Part shown: piece by piece, positions 26,362 to 36,357 of the stretch
How the letters are laid out: every line of letters begins with the position of its first letter
How positions within the stretch are numbered: the first letter of the stretch is position 1
Made by a program: the position numbers and the translations under genes
Source of the DNA: a virus
Length of the DNA stretch: 64,000 bases
IMG/VR virus record: IMGVR_UViG_3300030110_004856
Coordinates: 17,585-81,584 of that record
Strand: one strand, 5' to 3'
Notes under the pieces: generated by a model
What the model was told of the DNA's origin: nothing
What the model saw: the letters and a program-made list of their open reading frames with translations, nothing else
Databases searched by the model: none

Positions 26362-27555
26362 ATGAACACGCAACTTTTCAAAAAGTTCCAAAACTTCCGC
26401 TCTCAGCTCAACAGCAGATTCCTAGAGCGAGAGACAGTCATCGATGGACTTCTTGCTTCGTTAATCACAAAGCAAAATGCTTTCTTGTTCGGTGTCCCTG
26501 GTACAGGTAAGTCAGAACTCGTCAGAGCAATCAGCAGTGGCTTCAAAGGAACTGAATACTTTGGCTATCTACTGAGCCCTACTACTGATCCGTCAGAGTT
26601 GTTTGGCCCTGTGGCTGTGAGCAAACTCCTGAAGGACGAGTACACAAGAGACACTGAGGGTTACTTGCCTTCAGCGAACATCGCGTTTCTTGATGAGCTG
26701 TTCAGAGGATCATCTGCTGTGCTCAACAGCCTGCTGACAATCCTCAACGAGCGCACATTCAACAACGGCAAAGAGGTTGTTAAGACACCAATCAACAGCA
26801 TCGTTGCAGCTACTAACTCATTCCCAACTGAAGAAAGTCTGCAAGCTTTCCTGGATCGTTTCTTGTTCAGACCTACGGTTGATCTACTTCAGAAACCAGT
26901 CAGCAAAAGGAAGCTAGACATGTGGTCGCTGGGTATTGAACCGCGCCCAGAGATTTTCTCAGCTCTGACTCAGGAAGATCTTGTAGAACTACAGGAACAA
27001 GCAGCCTGCATCAAACCAACATCCAAGTTTGCTGGATTGTTTGGTGATGTCATGGAACGATTAGAGGTCAGTGGCATCTACATCTCTGACCGTCGTCGCG
27101 TACAGATCATTCAGTTCTTGCGTGGTTATGCGGTTGTCAAAGGTGAGAGCGAACTACATCCTCACATCCTGCTAGAGACTCTTCCGCACATCCTTTACCA
27201 AAGCGACGACGACAAAGAGATTATTCGCGAGCAGTTGGATGCAGCCATTGTCACTGGCAGTCGTTTCGTTAAAGAGAATCAGCATGCTGCAAACAGCATC
27301 ATGCATGAGTTCTATAGCTGGGACGCTAAAGCCAGGACGATCAGCGATACGAAAATGCACATGGACGTGGCTCGCAACATGAGCAAGTGTCTGAGTGATC
27401 TGACAACCATTCAAAAACGTCTTACTGAAGCAATGGACGATGACGAACTAAAAATCACTGAAGAAGTGCGACTCAAAATGATGAAGCAACACACTCAGAA
27501 CGACAGCGACATGAAGACCATTGCCAAATCACTGACTCGTTTCACAACTAATTGA
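26362..27555 (+). CDS. MoxR/RavA-like AAA+ ATPase
   Basis: 'FLFGVPGTGKSEL', 'PSELFGP', 'FLDELFRGSSAVLNSLLTILNER', 'ATNSFP', 'DRFLFR', 'SDRR'. Confidence 0.9.
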   Translation: MNTQLFKKFQNFRSQLNSRFLERETVIDGLLASLITKQNAFLFGVPGTGKSELVRAISSGFKGTEYFGYLLSPTTDPSELFGPVAVSKLLKDEYTRDTEGYLPSANIAFLDELFRGSSAVLNSLLTILNERTFNNGKEVVKTPINSIVAATNSFPTEESLQAFLDRFLFRPTVDLLQKPVSKRKLDMWSLGIEPRPEIFSALTQEDLVELQEQAACIKPTSKFAGLFGDVMERLEVSGIYISDRRRVQIIQFLRGYAVVKGESELHPHILLETLPHILYQSDDDKEIIREQLDAAIVTGSRFVKENQHAANSIMHEFYSWDAKARTISDTKMHMDVARNMSKCLSDLTTIQKRLTEAMDDDELKITEEVRLKMMKQHTQNDSDMKTIAKSLTRFTTN

Positions 27556-27556
27556 C

Positions 27557-29101
27557 ATGACTAATTCTTTTAAATCTGAGTTCATTCACCTCAGTGACAA
27601 CGAGCCAATGGTGCTCAAAGTCTCTGCTCTGACTGACTTTCTTTGGTCAGACTACGTAAGGGATTCAGCTCCTCGCGTTAAGTACCTGACTTCTCACTAC
27701 GACATCCGCAAGCTCAGTCGGTTTGGAAAGGAGTTGTTCGAAGCTTTGTACCAAGCAGAAAATCTCAGCCCAGTTATCTCACTGCAAGATGCTGAAGATT
27801 ACTTTCGAGCTACTCAAAACGGAGAAGAACTTGAAGCTCCTGCTAATTACAAACCAGAGAATGCCTTCTGGATTGGTCTCTTGCAGGACGTGATGAACTC
27901 TCCTGGGTGGGGAATGATTGCACCCATTTGCTACGGCAACCAGTTCAACTCTGGCAACAACGCCATCAGTATTCTCAACAAGCTTTCTGAATTGATCGAT
28001 GAGTCAATCAACAACAGAGAGCTAGATCCCACAGCGTTGGGTGAAGCAGTAGATGAACTCAACGAATTGCGTAGACAGTTCGTGGAGGCGAAGAAGCAAG
28101 GAGACTTCCAGAAAGCGAAGGAACTCAGAGAGAAAGGCAAACAACTCGGTAAGAATATCGAGGAGTACCACAATAAGATGAGAGAGCAGATGCGTCCTGA
28201 GATTCAGGAAGCTGTCGACAAGGCTGCAGATGAAGCTCAACAAATCAACAAGGCGATGAGCCAGCTAGCTGGCGATCAAGCAGGGAACCACCAGCGTCAG
28301 AGTGTCGAGGAGAAGCAGCAACTCGCGAATCGTTTACGCAACAACAAAAAGCTTCTCGCCCTTGCCAATCGCCTTGGTGCCCTTCGTCGTACATGGAACC
28401 AGCGCAAGCGAGCAAGGAAAGGTAAAGCTAACTATTCGGACATCGTTGGAGTGAAGTTCGCTGACTCAGTGCCTCAAGCATTCCCTACCGAACTAGCACT
28501 GGCTGCCACGCCTGAGGGGAGGGCACTCTTTGCGATGAAGTACAACCAAAAGACAATCCTTTGCAAAGACTACGAAGCTCAAGTCAAGAACCTGGACAAG
28601 GGACCGATCATGATGTTCGTCGACATCTCTGGTTCGATGCAGGGTGATTCGGAGCTTTGGAGCAAAGCCATGGCTCTTGTCGTTGCAGAGGAAGCAGTCA
28701 AACAGAAACGTCCAGTACACCTCGCTCTCTTTGACACACGCATAAAGAAGCACTTCATCTTTGATCCAGCATCGACAGACAAGGACAACCTCCTTAACTT
28801 CTGTCTCTCCTGGTCATGTGACGGAGGAACCTCATTTAGCTCTGTGTTGAGTTACGCGATGGAAAACTTGGACCACTCTTCACGCGCTGACATCCTGCTA
28901 ATCACAGACGGTCACGACAATGTGAGCGAAGACTTACTGCAAGATTTTCACGAATGGAAGCAACTGTCAGGTGTGGAAATGAATTGTTTTTGTATCGGAG
29001 ATATGAGTATCAACTTACGATTGTTTGCAGACGATATCCGGGAAGTCGATGTCCACAACGATGCCGAGTCGTCTGATCTATTCCAAGACGTTCTTCTGTA
29101 A
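27557..29101 (+). CDS. VWA domain protein (ViaA-like)
   Basis: C-terminal MIDAS 'VDISGSM', 'GGTSF', 'LLITDG'; 'KGPIMM'. Confidence 0.88.
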   Translation: MTNSFKSEFIHLSDNEPMVLKVSALTDFLWSDYVRDSAPRVKYLTSHYDIRKLSRFGKELFEALYQAENLSPVISLQDAEDYFRATQNGEELEAPANYKPENAFWIGLLQDVMNSPGWGMIAPICYGNQFNSGNNAISILNKLSELIDESINNRELDPTALGEAVDELNELRRQFVEAKKQGDFQKAKELREKGKQLGKNIEEYHNKMREQMRPEIQEAVDKAADEAQQINKAMSQLAGDQAGNHQRQSVEEKQQLANRLRNNKKLLALANRLGALRRTWNQRKRARKGKANYSDIVGVKFADSVPQAFPTELALAATPEGRALFAMKYNQKTILCKDYEAQVKNLDKGPIMMFVDISGSMQGDSELWSKAMALVVAEEAVKQKRPVHLALFDTRIKKHFIFDPASTDKDNLLNFCLSWSCDGGTSFSSVLSYAMENLDHSSRADILLITDGHDNVSEDLLQDFHEWKQLSGVEMNCFCIGDMSINLRLFADDIREVDVHNDAESSDLFQDVLL

Positions 29102-29530
29102 ATGACTGCCCCCACGGCTGAAGCACTAAAAGACGTGCTGACGATTGCAGCTAAATACAAAACACTTCAGGAAGTTCCCATGACCCTCCTTGAATGGATT
29201 TCTGACATCATCATTGCTGAGCTGTTTGATCCAGACCGTCATCCAAACGTCGCTGTCTTCGAAGCAAAAGATGCAAAGCTCTCTTACTTCCCACACCTCC
29301 ACACCTTTAACATCCTTATCTATACAACCGACAAAGGGAACGCAAGAGAAGTGTCTCTACCCCTCAGCGTGGCTCTTGAAGAGACGATTGGTTGTAGCGA
29401 CGTACTAGAAGCAAAGAAGAATCTTAAATTTATGAAGTCTGATTGCGGTTCAATAGCTCAAGAGATGCAGACTAGGATAAACAATGCGCTGTATATCCAT
29501 TCACGCACTTGGAAAATATTTGATTGTTAG
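29102..29530 (+). CDS. Hypothetical protein
   Basis: Abuts the VWA stop codon. Confidence 0.6.
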   Translation: MTAPTAEALKDVLTIAAKYKTLQEVPMTLLEWISDIIIAELFDPDRHPNVAVFEAKDAKLSYFPHLHTFNILIYTTDKGNAREVSLPLSVALEETIGCSDVLEAKKNLKFMKSDCGSIAQEMQTRINNALYIHSRTWKIFDC

Positions 29531-29589
29531 TTCTGCCCTGTTGCATCAATGAATTTGTTTCACTATAAAGGTGCAGCTCTTTCATTCAA

Positions 29590-30372
29590 ATGCAGATCCT
29601 TTACAAGCTAGGGAGTCTCGACCTAGACAAGCATGAAGTGAAGACTCTTTTGTCTCACGCAACAGATGAGATCTCAATCACAGTTGATCTCAAAAAGCAT
29701 CTCCGAGGACTGGACTCCAAAGCTCTCTTCGCTGAGGCAGTAGAAGCAAAGGACACTCGTCTAGCCACGCTGGCAGCCAAGCTGGCAATGGAAGGTGGCC
29801 GGAAGTTCAACCCTGCTAGGAAACGTAGTTATAGGAAGACGGGTGAAAAATCTGTCCTTCACGCCAAGATCATTGACCAGGACCCTTTTGAGTCACTGGA
29901 GGAGATTCTGAGCAAAAACTCTCTGAAGAACGTTGGTGCTGCAATGATCCTCAACTCTCTGGAGGATGGAGACCGTCGATCACTTCGCGAGATTGCAGAA
30001 GATGTCGTCAACCATATGGAGAAGTTCAGTCACAACTCACCTGATGATTCTCCTCGTCTCTTCCGTGGTTTCGAGAAGACGCGCCATGGGTTCATCGCTC
30101 TCATGAAGCCACAAAAGAAAGGTCAGTGCCAGTACCACCACGCTCCTGTCTACACCGCACTGCGTGACGGTCTCAAATACTTGGCCACTGTTGGTTTGGT
30201 AGACATCAAGAGCGAGAAGACATACGGTGCTCTAGACAAGAAGAAGAACAATAACGCAGGCCATCTCCATCGCAATGTGTATACCATCGCGCTTAGCAAA
30301 GGTGGTATGACTCTGATGCGTAACTGGAACGACAGTGACGATTACATCAGCGGCTTCTGGAAACAGCGGTAG
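29590..30372 (+). CDS. Hypothetical DNA-binding protein (winged-helix-like C-terminus)
   Basis: 'RRSLREIAED...LRDGLKYLATVGLV...YTIALSKGG'. Confidence 0.55.
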   Translation: MQILYKLGSLDLDKHEVKTLLSHATDEISITVDLKKHLRGLDSKALFAEAVEAKDTRLATLAAKLAMEGGRKFNPARKRSYRKTGEKSVLHAKIIDQDPFESLEEILSKNSLKNVGAAMILNSLEDGDRRSLREIAEDVVNHMEKFSHNSPDDSPRLFRGFEKTRHGFIALMKPQKKGQCQYHHAPVYTALRDGLKYLATVGLVDIKSEKTYGALDKKKNNNAGHLHRNVYTIALSKGGMTLMRNWNDSDDYISGFWKQR

Positions 30373-30393
30373 ACTGAAAGCGGAGTATGCTTC

Positions 30394-30424
30394 GAGCGGT
30401 TCTGGAGGGGGCCGCTCTTTTTTT
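30394..30424 (+). terminator. Rho-independent terminator
   Basis: GAGCGGTTCT-GGAG-GGGGCCGCTC followed by a T-run. Confidence 0.7.
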
Positions 30425-30946
30425 ATGGCAAAGCATCTACCTATTCCCACTGACATCGGTGACTACCTGGAGGTCGATCGCAGCATCCCTTCTGGTCTGC
30501 GGTGGAAAGTCTCACGAGGAAGGGTAAGAGCAGGACAACCGGCTTGCTTCCTTTACTATTGGAAACCTGTTTTATATGCGGTCAGGTTCAGAAAAAAGAC
30601 ATATCTTTCTCATCGAGTAATTTTCTTTCTTGAGACTGGGCAAGACCCAGGAGACCTAGAAATAGACCATCAGAACCACGGCGATAACAGGGATGAATTA
30701 CGCCTAGTCACTAGGCGTCAGAACAGTATGAACATCCGCATACCAAAAAGAAACCAGTCAGGTTTCAAAGGAGTGTCTTGGGCAAGAAAAGAATCAAAGT
30801 GGAGAGCCCGGATCGTCGTTAGCTACAGGAAGAAACATCTGGGTTATTTCGACAGTCGCCTCGATGCCGCGTGGGCGTACAACCAAGCAGCTATTGAATA
30901 CTACGGCGAGTTCGCTAAGCTCAACGTGCTACTAGTCCAGCTCTGA
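30425..30946 (+). CDS. HNH-AP2 homing endonuclease
   Basis: 'SHRVIFFL...EIDHQN...N...LR..T..QN' HNH and AP2 'SGFKGVSW...KWRARI...HLGYF...AA.AYN.AA'. Confidence 0.9.
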   Translation: MAKHLPIPTDIGDYLEVDRSIPSGLRWKVSRGRVRAGQPACFLYYWKPVLYAVRFRKKTYLSHRVIFFLETGQDPGDLEIDHQNHGDNRDELRLVTRRQNSMNIRIPKRNQSGFKGVSWARKESKWRARIVVSYRKKHLGYFDSRLDAAWAYNQAAIEYYGEFAKLNVLLVQL

Positions 30947-30956
30947 TTCTTATCAA

Positions 30957-32867
30957 ATGGCACACACTGTCTCGTACATCGTCGCTGACGATGCAGCTCT
31001 TGCAGCACTTACAGAGCTAGAGAACTTTCCTAAGGTCTGTTTAGATCTTGAGACGACAGGTCTAGATGCAAGGATTGCTCGCCCACGCCTGGTGCAGCTG
31101 TGTGACTCATCCCCACAGGCTGAGAGTCGTGTCGTCTATGTTTTCGACTTGTTCAAAGTTTCCGAGGATGTAACCAGCAAACTGCTCGCCCTCATCGAGA
31201 GCAGGGAAATGTTGATTGGGCACAACCTCTACTTTGATTTGCAGTTCCTGCTGGCTATGGGACTGGACTACAAAGGCAAGATTTTCTGCACGATGATCGC
31301 AGAAAGATGCCTTCGAGCCGGATTTAAAGAAAAGAAATTCAGCCCCAAAATCCAGAAGGCTTATTTTGCAGACATATCCAACAGCCTCAAGGCAGTAGCA
31401 GAAAGACGACTTGACCTTGAGCTAGATAAAAGTCAGCAGGTAAGTGACTGGTCGAAGGAAGAACTCGACACTGAACAGGTGGAATACGCAGCTGGTGACG
31501 TAGCAATTCTTCCACAGATTGCATCGCTTCAACTCGCCGAACTTACAGAAGAGAACCTTCTCCCCGTCTTTGGTTTGGAGAGTAAAATCATCAGCACTGT
31601 CGCTAAGATGTCATATACAGGCTTTAATGTAGATGTCACTAAGCTGAAAGCATTAGAAGCTAGGATCAAACAGGAACTTGACGAACTCACTACACTATTT
31701 TGTGAAGACCTTGATCGCAGGTTGCCAGATGAATCCAAACTCTCGCGAGACATATCTGGAGCTATTTCAGTCTCAAAGAATGCGCGAAAAGGGTTTAACC
31801 CTGGATCCGGTGCCCAAGTCCTCAAGTGCTTCGACGCAATCGGAATTGAGACGCCTCGAAGTATTACATCTGGAAAACCAACGCTGTCTCAGGTAGAGCT
31901 AGCAGAATTTAATAGTCAAGATGAAACACTCCTCCTCTACAGAAAAAGAACGAAAGTCGAAACGAAGCTTGGGCACGTTCAAAAGCTTCTTGATAACATT
32001 CATCCTCTCAGTGGACGTATACATTCTGGCTATCGTCAGTACGGGAGTAATAGCGGGCGTTTCACTAGTTCAGGCAGTAAACGAGTCGCTGCCTCAAAAG
32101 TCAAAAGTGAATTTGCAATAAACTGTCAGCAGGTTCCACGAGAGAAAGCATTCAGAGAGTGCTTCGTTGCCACGCCTGGATTCAAACTTGTCGTCTGTGA
32201 TTTCAGCCAAATCGAACTGCGTCTAGGTGCAGAACTCATTCCTATCCCGCAAATGCTGAACGCATTCCTTGACGGGAAAGACTTACACACGGTTACTGCA
32301 AGTCTGATTTACCAATGCGACTTCAATGAAGTCACAAAAGAACAGAGACAGAGTGGAAAAACTATGAACTTTGCCTTGTTATACGGAATGGGTTATAAAA
32401 AATATAGAACATACAGTGCACAGAGCGGTACAGTTCTCTCCTACTCGGAAGCTAAACTTGAACACGCTGCTTTCCATAGAGCTTATCCAGCGTTGAAGAG
32501 CTGGCACAAGAATATGGCTGATTTAGTCTCCGATGGCTGGACATATAGCAGAACAGCTACAGGAAGAAGGAGATTGCTGAGTTACGACGACGCCTCGATG
32601 ATGGTTGCCTGTAACAACATCATTCAAGGAGCTGGAGCTGACATTTTAAAAATCGCTTTGTCTTACCTCGTCGAGCACTTAAACGATGAGTGCAGGCTTA
32701 TTGCCTGTGTTCATGATGAAATTGTAATCGAGGCTAAAGAACACAAAGTTGATCATTACAGAGCAATTCTGGAAGACTGCATGAAGCGAGGTGGCGAAAA
32801 AATCTTGAAAGAAGTACCAGTATTGGCTGACGCTGCTACAGGAAACAACTGGGCAGAAGCAAAATAA
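30957..32867 (+). CDS. polA: DNA polymerase family A (3'-5' exonuclease + polymerase)
   Basis: ExoI 'DLETTG', ExoII 'HNLYFD', ExoIII 'YAAGD'; motif A 'DFSQIELR', motif B 'KTMNFALLYG', motif C 'VHDEI'. Confidence 0.95.
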   Translation: MAHTVSYIVADDAALAALTELENFPKVCLDLETTGLDARIARPRLVQLCDSSPQAESRVVYVFDLFKVSEDVTSKLLALIESREMLIGHNLYFDLQFLLAMGLDYKGKIFCTMIAERCLRAGFKEKKFSPKIQKAYFADISNSLKAVAERRLDLELDKSQQVSDWSKEELDTEQVEYAAGDVAILPQIASLQLAELTEENLLPVFGLESKIISTVAKMSYTGFNVDVTKLKALEARIKQELDELTTLFCEDLDRRLPDESKLSRDISGAISVSKNARKGFNPGSGAQVLKCFDAIGIETPRSITSGKPTLSQVELAEFNSQDETLLLYRKRTKVETKLGHVQKLLDNIHPLSGRIHSGYRQYGSNSGRFTSSGSKRVAASKVKSEFAINCQQVPREKAFRECFVATPGFKLVVCDFSQIELRLGAELIPIPQMLNAFLDGKDLHTVTASLIYQCDFNEVTKEQRQSGKTMNFALLYGMGYKKYRTYSAQSGTVLSYSEAKLEHAAFHRAYPALKSWHKNMADLVSDGWTYSRTATGRRRLLSYDDASMMVACNNIIQGAGADILKIALSYLVEHLNDECRLIACVHDEIVIEAKEHKVDHYRAILEDCMKRGGEKILKEVPVLADAATGNNWAEAK

Positions 32868-32898
32868 TCTGTATAATCATATCAGCATATAACCACAC

Positions 32899-33462
32899 GT
32901 GGAAATCACCAATATCCCTTTCGAAAAAGAGATCTTTACCGCTAAAACAGAGCTTGGTTTTGTAGGTTGCTGCAGGATTGATCAAGGAATTGCTTTTACA
33001 TCAGAGTCGTTCCCTAAAGCTCTGGTAGCTGCCAACGCCGCAAGAAGACTCAAAAAGGAGCTAGGGAATAACACTAAACAAACACTACCTGCGTCACCTT
33101 CAGTCAAGAAACAACCCACGGCTCCTAAAAAACCTGCTGCAACTGTTACCTCTCCTAAACATAAAAAGAAGAAAGCAACACAAAAAAGCAGGAAATCCTA
33201 TGTTGGGACCTTATACACGAGCGAAGAAGTAGAGTCAATGCCCCTCCTTCGCTTCCAAGAAGTCTGGGTGATAACCAGATACGAAGACTACGTATCAGAT
33301 GCGTTAAATCATGAAAAGAAACGCTTAGTAGCGTACTGTCAAGGTAAGGAACAAGCTAAACCTTTTGGGTGTCACGACGAGGCTAAGAGAGTTATGCGTG
33401 TACTAAAAGGATGTGTGGGACCAGGATTCAACCTGCAAAGGTTTTTCGTCAGGACAGATTAA
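32899..33462 (+). CDS. Hypothetical protein
   Basis: 187 aa with a Lys/Pro-rich linker; TATAAT just upstream. Confidence 0.6.
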   Translation: MEITNIPFEKEIFTAKTELGFVGCCRIDQGIAFTSESFPKALVAANAARRLKKELGNNTKQTLPASPSVKKQPTAPKKPAATVTSPKHKKKKATQKSRKSYVGTLYTSEEVESMPLLRFQEVWVITRYEDYVSDALNHEKKRLVAYCQGKEQAKPFGCHDEAKRVMRVLKGCVGPGFNLQRFFVRTD

Positions 33463-33499
33463 GACTGTTAAAGTGGAGAACAAAGGCGACACTTAGGGA

Positions 33500-34813
33500 A
33501 TGACTTCCTCCAGCGCTACTCGGCCTAGATCTCCTAGAACTCTGCAGGAACTGCTAGCAGGAGAAGACCGGGAATCGATTGATTCAAATGCATTTAATCA
33601 GGTAGCTTCTAGTCCAACTAGTAGTGCTCCATCACCTGGCAGCAGCAATCTGAGCACGATTGCGGATCAACTGAACAGTCAGAGAGAACAAGAAAATGCA
33701 TCCAGATTAGAGGGTGCTACTGACGAGCAGATTCGTCAAGACATCGATCGTTTTGCTGGCGATCGTTATCAAGACGTAAAAACTGCCACAAGTGGTGCTA
33801 CTCCACAAGCTGCATCGAGTACAACCACACCTGCTGGTCAGGTGGCTGCTGAAGAAGGCTCAAATACAAAATTAGGACTAGAAACGGTAGATCCTGGTCC
33901 TTTTCAGTCGGGACGAACAGGTAGTGCTGTAACTTCCACAGGTACAGATGAGTACTTCTCTGCTCTATACCCCCGGTATGTCAGAGAGGATACTGTAATG
34001 GGTTACGGAGCTAACTTCCCTGGTGCACAGGTTGGTGGAAGCAATCCTTATAAAGAAACCACTACTGAGTATCTGGGCACACCACTTCCTCCCGTCAACA
34101 CTACCCCAGTTGATCCTGGTCCTGGTCCTGGCCCCGGCCCTGGTCCCGGTCCTACTCCTGGAGTAACACCTCCTAAAAAAGCGGACCAATTTTTAGAAAG
34201 AACTCTTCGCTCGTTTATCGGGGATCAAGCTGGTGAAGTGGATACCATTGGTGCTCGCGGCATCGGTGAGTATATGGGTTATTACGGCGACAAGTTCGGC
34301 GGTAACGAAGAAATTCTCGCGAAGGCACGTCAAGAAGGAATCAAGTTTGGTCCCACCGCCGCTACAACGCTTGGAATCAATGTTGATACTGATTCTGCTC
34401 GTGGTCCTGAGGGTCCTGGAGGTTCCACTCCAGGTGCGATTGGTCTTTCCGCAGTCAATCGATTGCGCGATCGTGGTCTGAGCGACACTGCTATTAGACA
34501 GTTTGCTCAGGAGCAGGGTATGCAATACGGACCTGAAGCTTTGAAATCTCTCAACGCTGACGCAAGCTTTGCTTATCAACCCCCAGCTCCGGCAGCTCCT
34601 GCAGCACCAGCACCTTCACAAGGTGCTATGGACATCTACAACGCTTTTCAGGCAGGCCAGCAAAATGTACCTGACTCCTCGAAAGGTGGACAAGGTATTG
34701 GTGAAGCTGGACTGGAACGGATGGCAGCCGGTCAGAATATCTCCTTCTCAGAAGCAAGAAGGAGAGCCGAAGCAGCAGGAATGGTTATTGGAGAACGCGC
34801 TCGGAATCGATGA
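33500..34813 (+). CDS. Low-complexity protein with three ~40 aa helical repeats
   Basis: Ser/Thr/Gly-rich N-half, (PG)n linker, repeated IGxxxxxR...G...IxxxAxxxGxxFG motif. Confidence 0.65.
   Translation: MTSSSATRPRSPRTLQELLAGEDRESIDSNAFNQVASSPTSSAPSPGSSNLSTIADQLNSQREQENASRLEGATDEQIRQDIDRFAGDRYQDVKTATSGATPQAASSTTTPAGQVAAEEGSNTKLGLETVDPGPFQSGRTGSAVTSTGTDEYFSALYPRYVREDTVMGYGANFPGAQVGGSNPYKETTTEYLGTPLPPVNTTPVDPGPGPGPGPGPGPTPGVTPPKKADQFLERTLRSFIGDQAGEVDTIGARGIGEYMGYYGDKFGGNEEILAKARQEGIKFGPTAATTLGINVDTDSARGPEGPGGSTPGAIGLSAVNRLRDRGLSDTAIRQFAQEQGMQYGPEALKSLNADASFAYQPPAPAAPAAPAPSQGAMDIYNAFQAGQQNVPDSSKGGQGIGEAGLERMAAGQNISFSEARRRAEAAGMVIGERARNR
34113..34162 (+). repeat. Hexamer microsatellite encoding (Pro-Gly)n
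   Basis: cctggt/cccggc repeats. Confidence 0.7.
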
Positions 34814-34960
34814 CAATATTGTTAGCGGCGATGGTGACCACGTGGGTCACAGTGTTTGCTGCAATGTTATGGAATAGTAGACCTGCGTCTGCTAAACATA
34901 AACATAGTGTTGACGTGAACTAAGCCCTAGTTAGATTAATCCGAAGCTCTGAGAGTACTC

Positions 34961-35158
34961 ATGACCGTAGGTGCATCTGTTTTACTGTCGTCATTTATTG
35001 GCGAGAAAGGCACACCGGGTATGATTGGCCTGGAGGCACTCAATCGTGCTCGTACTTGGGGATACACCGAGGATATGATCAAATCCATGCTTGCTGAAGA
35101 GAAGCTTGGTCTTGGCTGGAAAGCAGCAGCGAGCCTGAACGGAATCGAAGTTGAATGA
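34961..35158 (+). CDS. Stand-alone copy of the 33500 repeat domain
   Basis: 'PGMIGLEALNRARTWGYTEDMIKSMLAEEKLGLGWKAAASLN'. Confidence 0.6.
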   Translation: MTVGASVLLSSFIGEKGTPGMIGLEALNRARTWGYTEDMIKSMLAEEKLGLGWKAAASLNGIEVE

Positions 35159-35699
35159 GAATTACACACTGATCGGATTTAGAAACAAGAAGACTAGATC
35201 CATCGGTGTTGTAGCTAACGACAGCAACCACGCTCAAGCTCAGGCTCTAGACATCAGTCGCGCACTTGGGCTGGAGCGTTTCACACTGGATTACAAACAG
35301 AAAAGTGTGGAAGATCCAGTCAGCAAGCTTTTCTGCGACCTCGCATACAATAACTTCAGTCACTCAGTTTGTTACGAGTGGGAAGGGTCTTACACAAACA
35401 GCTCTCCAGTGCTGTATGCGTTTGGTTCTCGCTTGTACCTTAGGAACCTCATACTCGATTACATGGATATCAGAAAGGACAGTGTTGTCAAGACTGAGTG
35501 CAATAATAAAGAATGTGTTAACCCATACCACTTCTCATATAAGACAGACAAAGCATCGAAATTAACTGGCGGGGACAAGAGAATGCTGTTAGCTTTCCAT
35601 AGCCAAGGCGCTTCTGTCTCGCAGATTGCCAAGGCACTAAACGTACACCGATCTACCGTCTACCGAAATCTCAATGAACATCTTCATGCTGGGCCTTAG
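35151..35699 (+). CDS. Zn-binding HNH/His-Cys-box-like protein with C-terminal HTH
   Basis: 'CYEWEG', 'ECNNKECVNPYHF', HTH 'SVSQIAKALNVHRSTVYR'. Confidence 0.7.
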   Translation: MNENYTLIGFRNKKTRSIGVVANDSNHAQAQALDISRALGLERFTLDYKQKSVEDPVSKLFCDLAYNNFSHSVCYEWEGSYTNSSPVLYAFGSRLYLRNLILDYMDIRKDSVVKTECNNKECVNPYHFSYKTDKASKLTGGDKRMLLAFHSQGASVSQIAKALNVHRSTVYRNLNEHLHAGP

Positions 35700-36321
35700 G
35701 GTCACAGACACTGCCCAAGAGCAGGAAGGTCTAGTCGATCTTATTACTGAAGCGCTACCTTCAAGCGACAAAAAAATCCCCACAAAAGTCCAACTCCTGG
35801 ACAAACCGGGTAGCTACGTAGCTAACCAGCTGAAAAAATTTCAGGAGGGCGACCACATCCTTGCTATCGGGCCAACCAAACCCATTGCAGATGGTGAAGG
35901 TCTCAAAATGAAACCCATGATGGTTGTCACTAGAGAAACCTTCGACGACATCCTTGCCATGAACATGTTTATGGCCACAGGTGGTTTGGGTCCGAAAGCT
36001 GATGAAGTCCAGCTTGGAGACAACACTGTCACTAATCGCTCGATCGCTTGGCAGGATGAGGACCAAGAAACTCAGTGGTTCAAACTCACAGCCTGGGGTG
36101 AAAAAAGCAAACAACTCTCGGAGTTGCCCCCTGGAACCCCGACTGTCGCAGTAGGCAAGGTCTCCTGTTCCTCAAAGGAGGACAAGCAATTCCTTAACTA
36201 TTCAGTGGATAAAGTGCTTTATCTGCCACGTGGCTCGAAGCCAACCCCTAAGAAAGCTGCTGACCCTGACAAGGGAAAAGTAGCTGCCGCTGCTCTCGGA
36301 ACTGTTGACTTTAAGTTCTGA
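35674..36321 (+). CDS. ssb: Single-stranded DNA-binding protein (two OB-like halves)
   Basis: 'ETQWFKLTAWGEKSKQL...GTPTVAVGKV' SSB signature; C-terminal DFKF. Confidence 0.7.
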   Translation: MNIFMLGLRVTDTAQEQEGLVDLITEALPSSDKKIPTKVQLLDKPGSYVANQLKKFQEGDHILAIGPTKPIADGEGLKMKPMMVVTRETFDDILAMNMFMATGGLGPKADEVQLGDNTVTNRSIAWQDEDQETQWFKLTAWGEKSKQLSELPPGTPTVAVGKVSCSSKEDKQFLNYSVDKVLYLPRGSKPTPKKAADPDKGKVAAAALGTVDFKF

Positions 36322-36357
36322 TCCCGATCCTTTCTTTTACCTTCCTACAACCAACTC

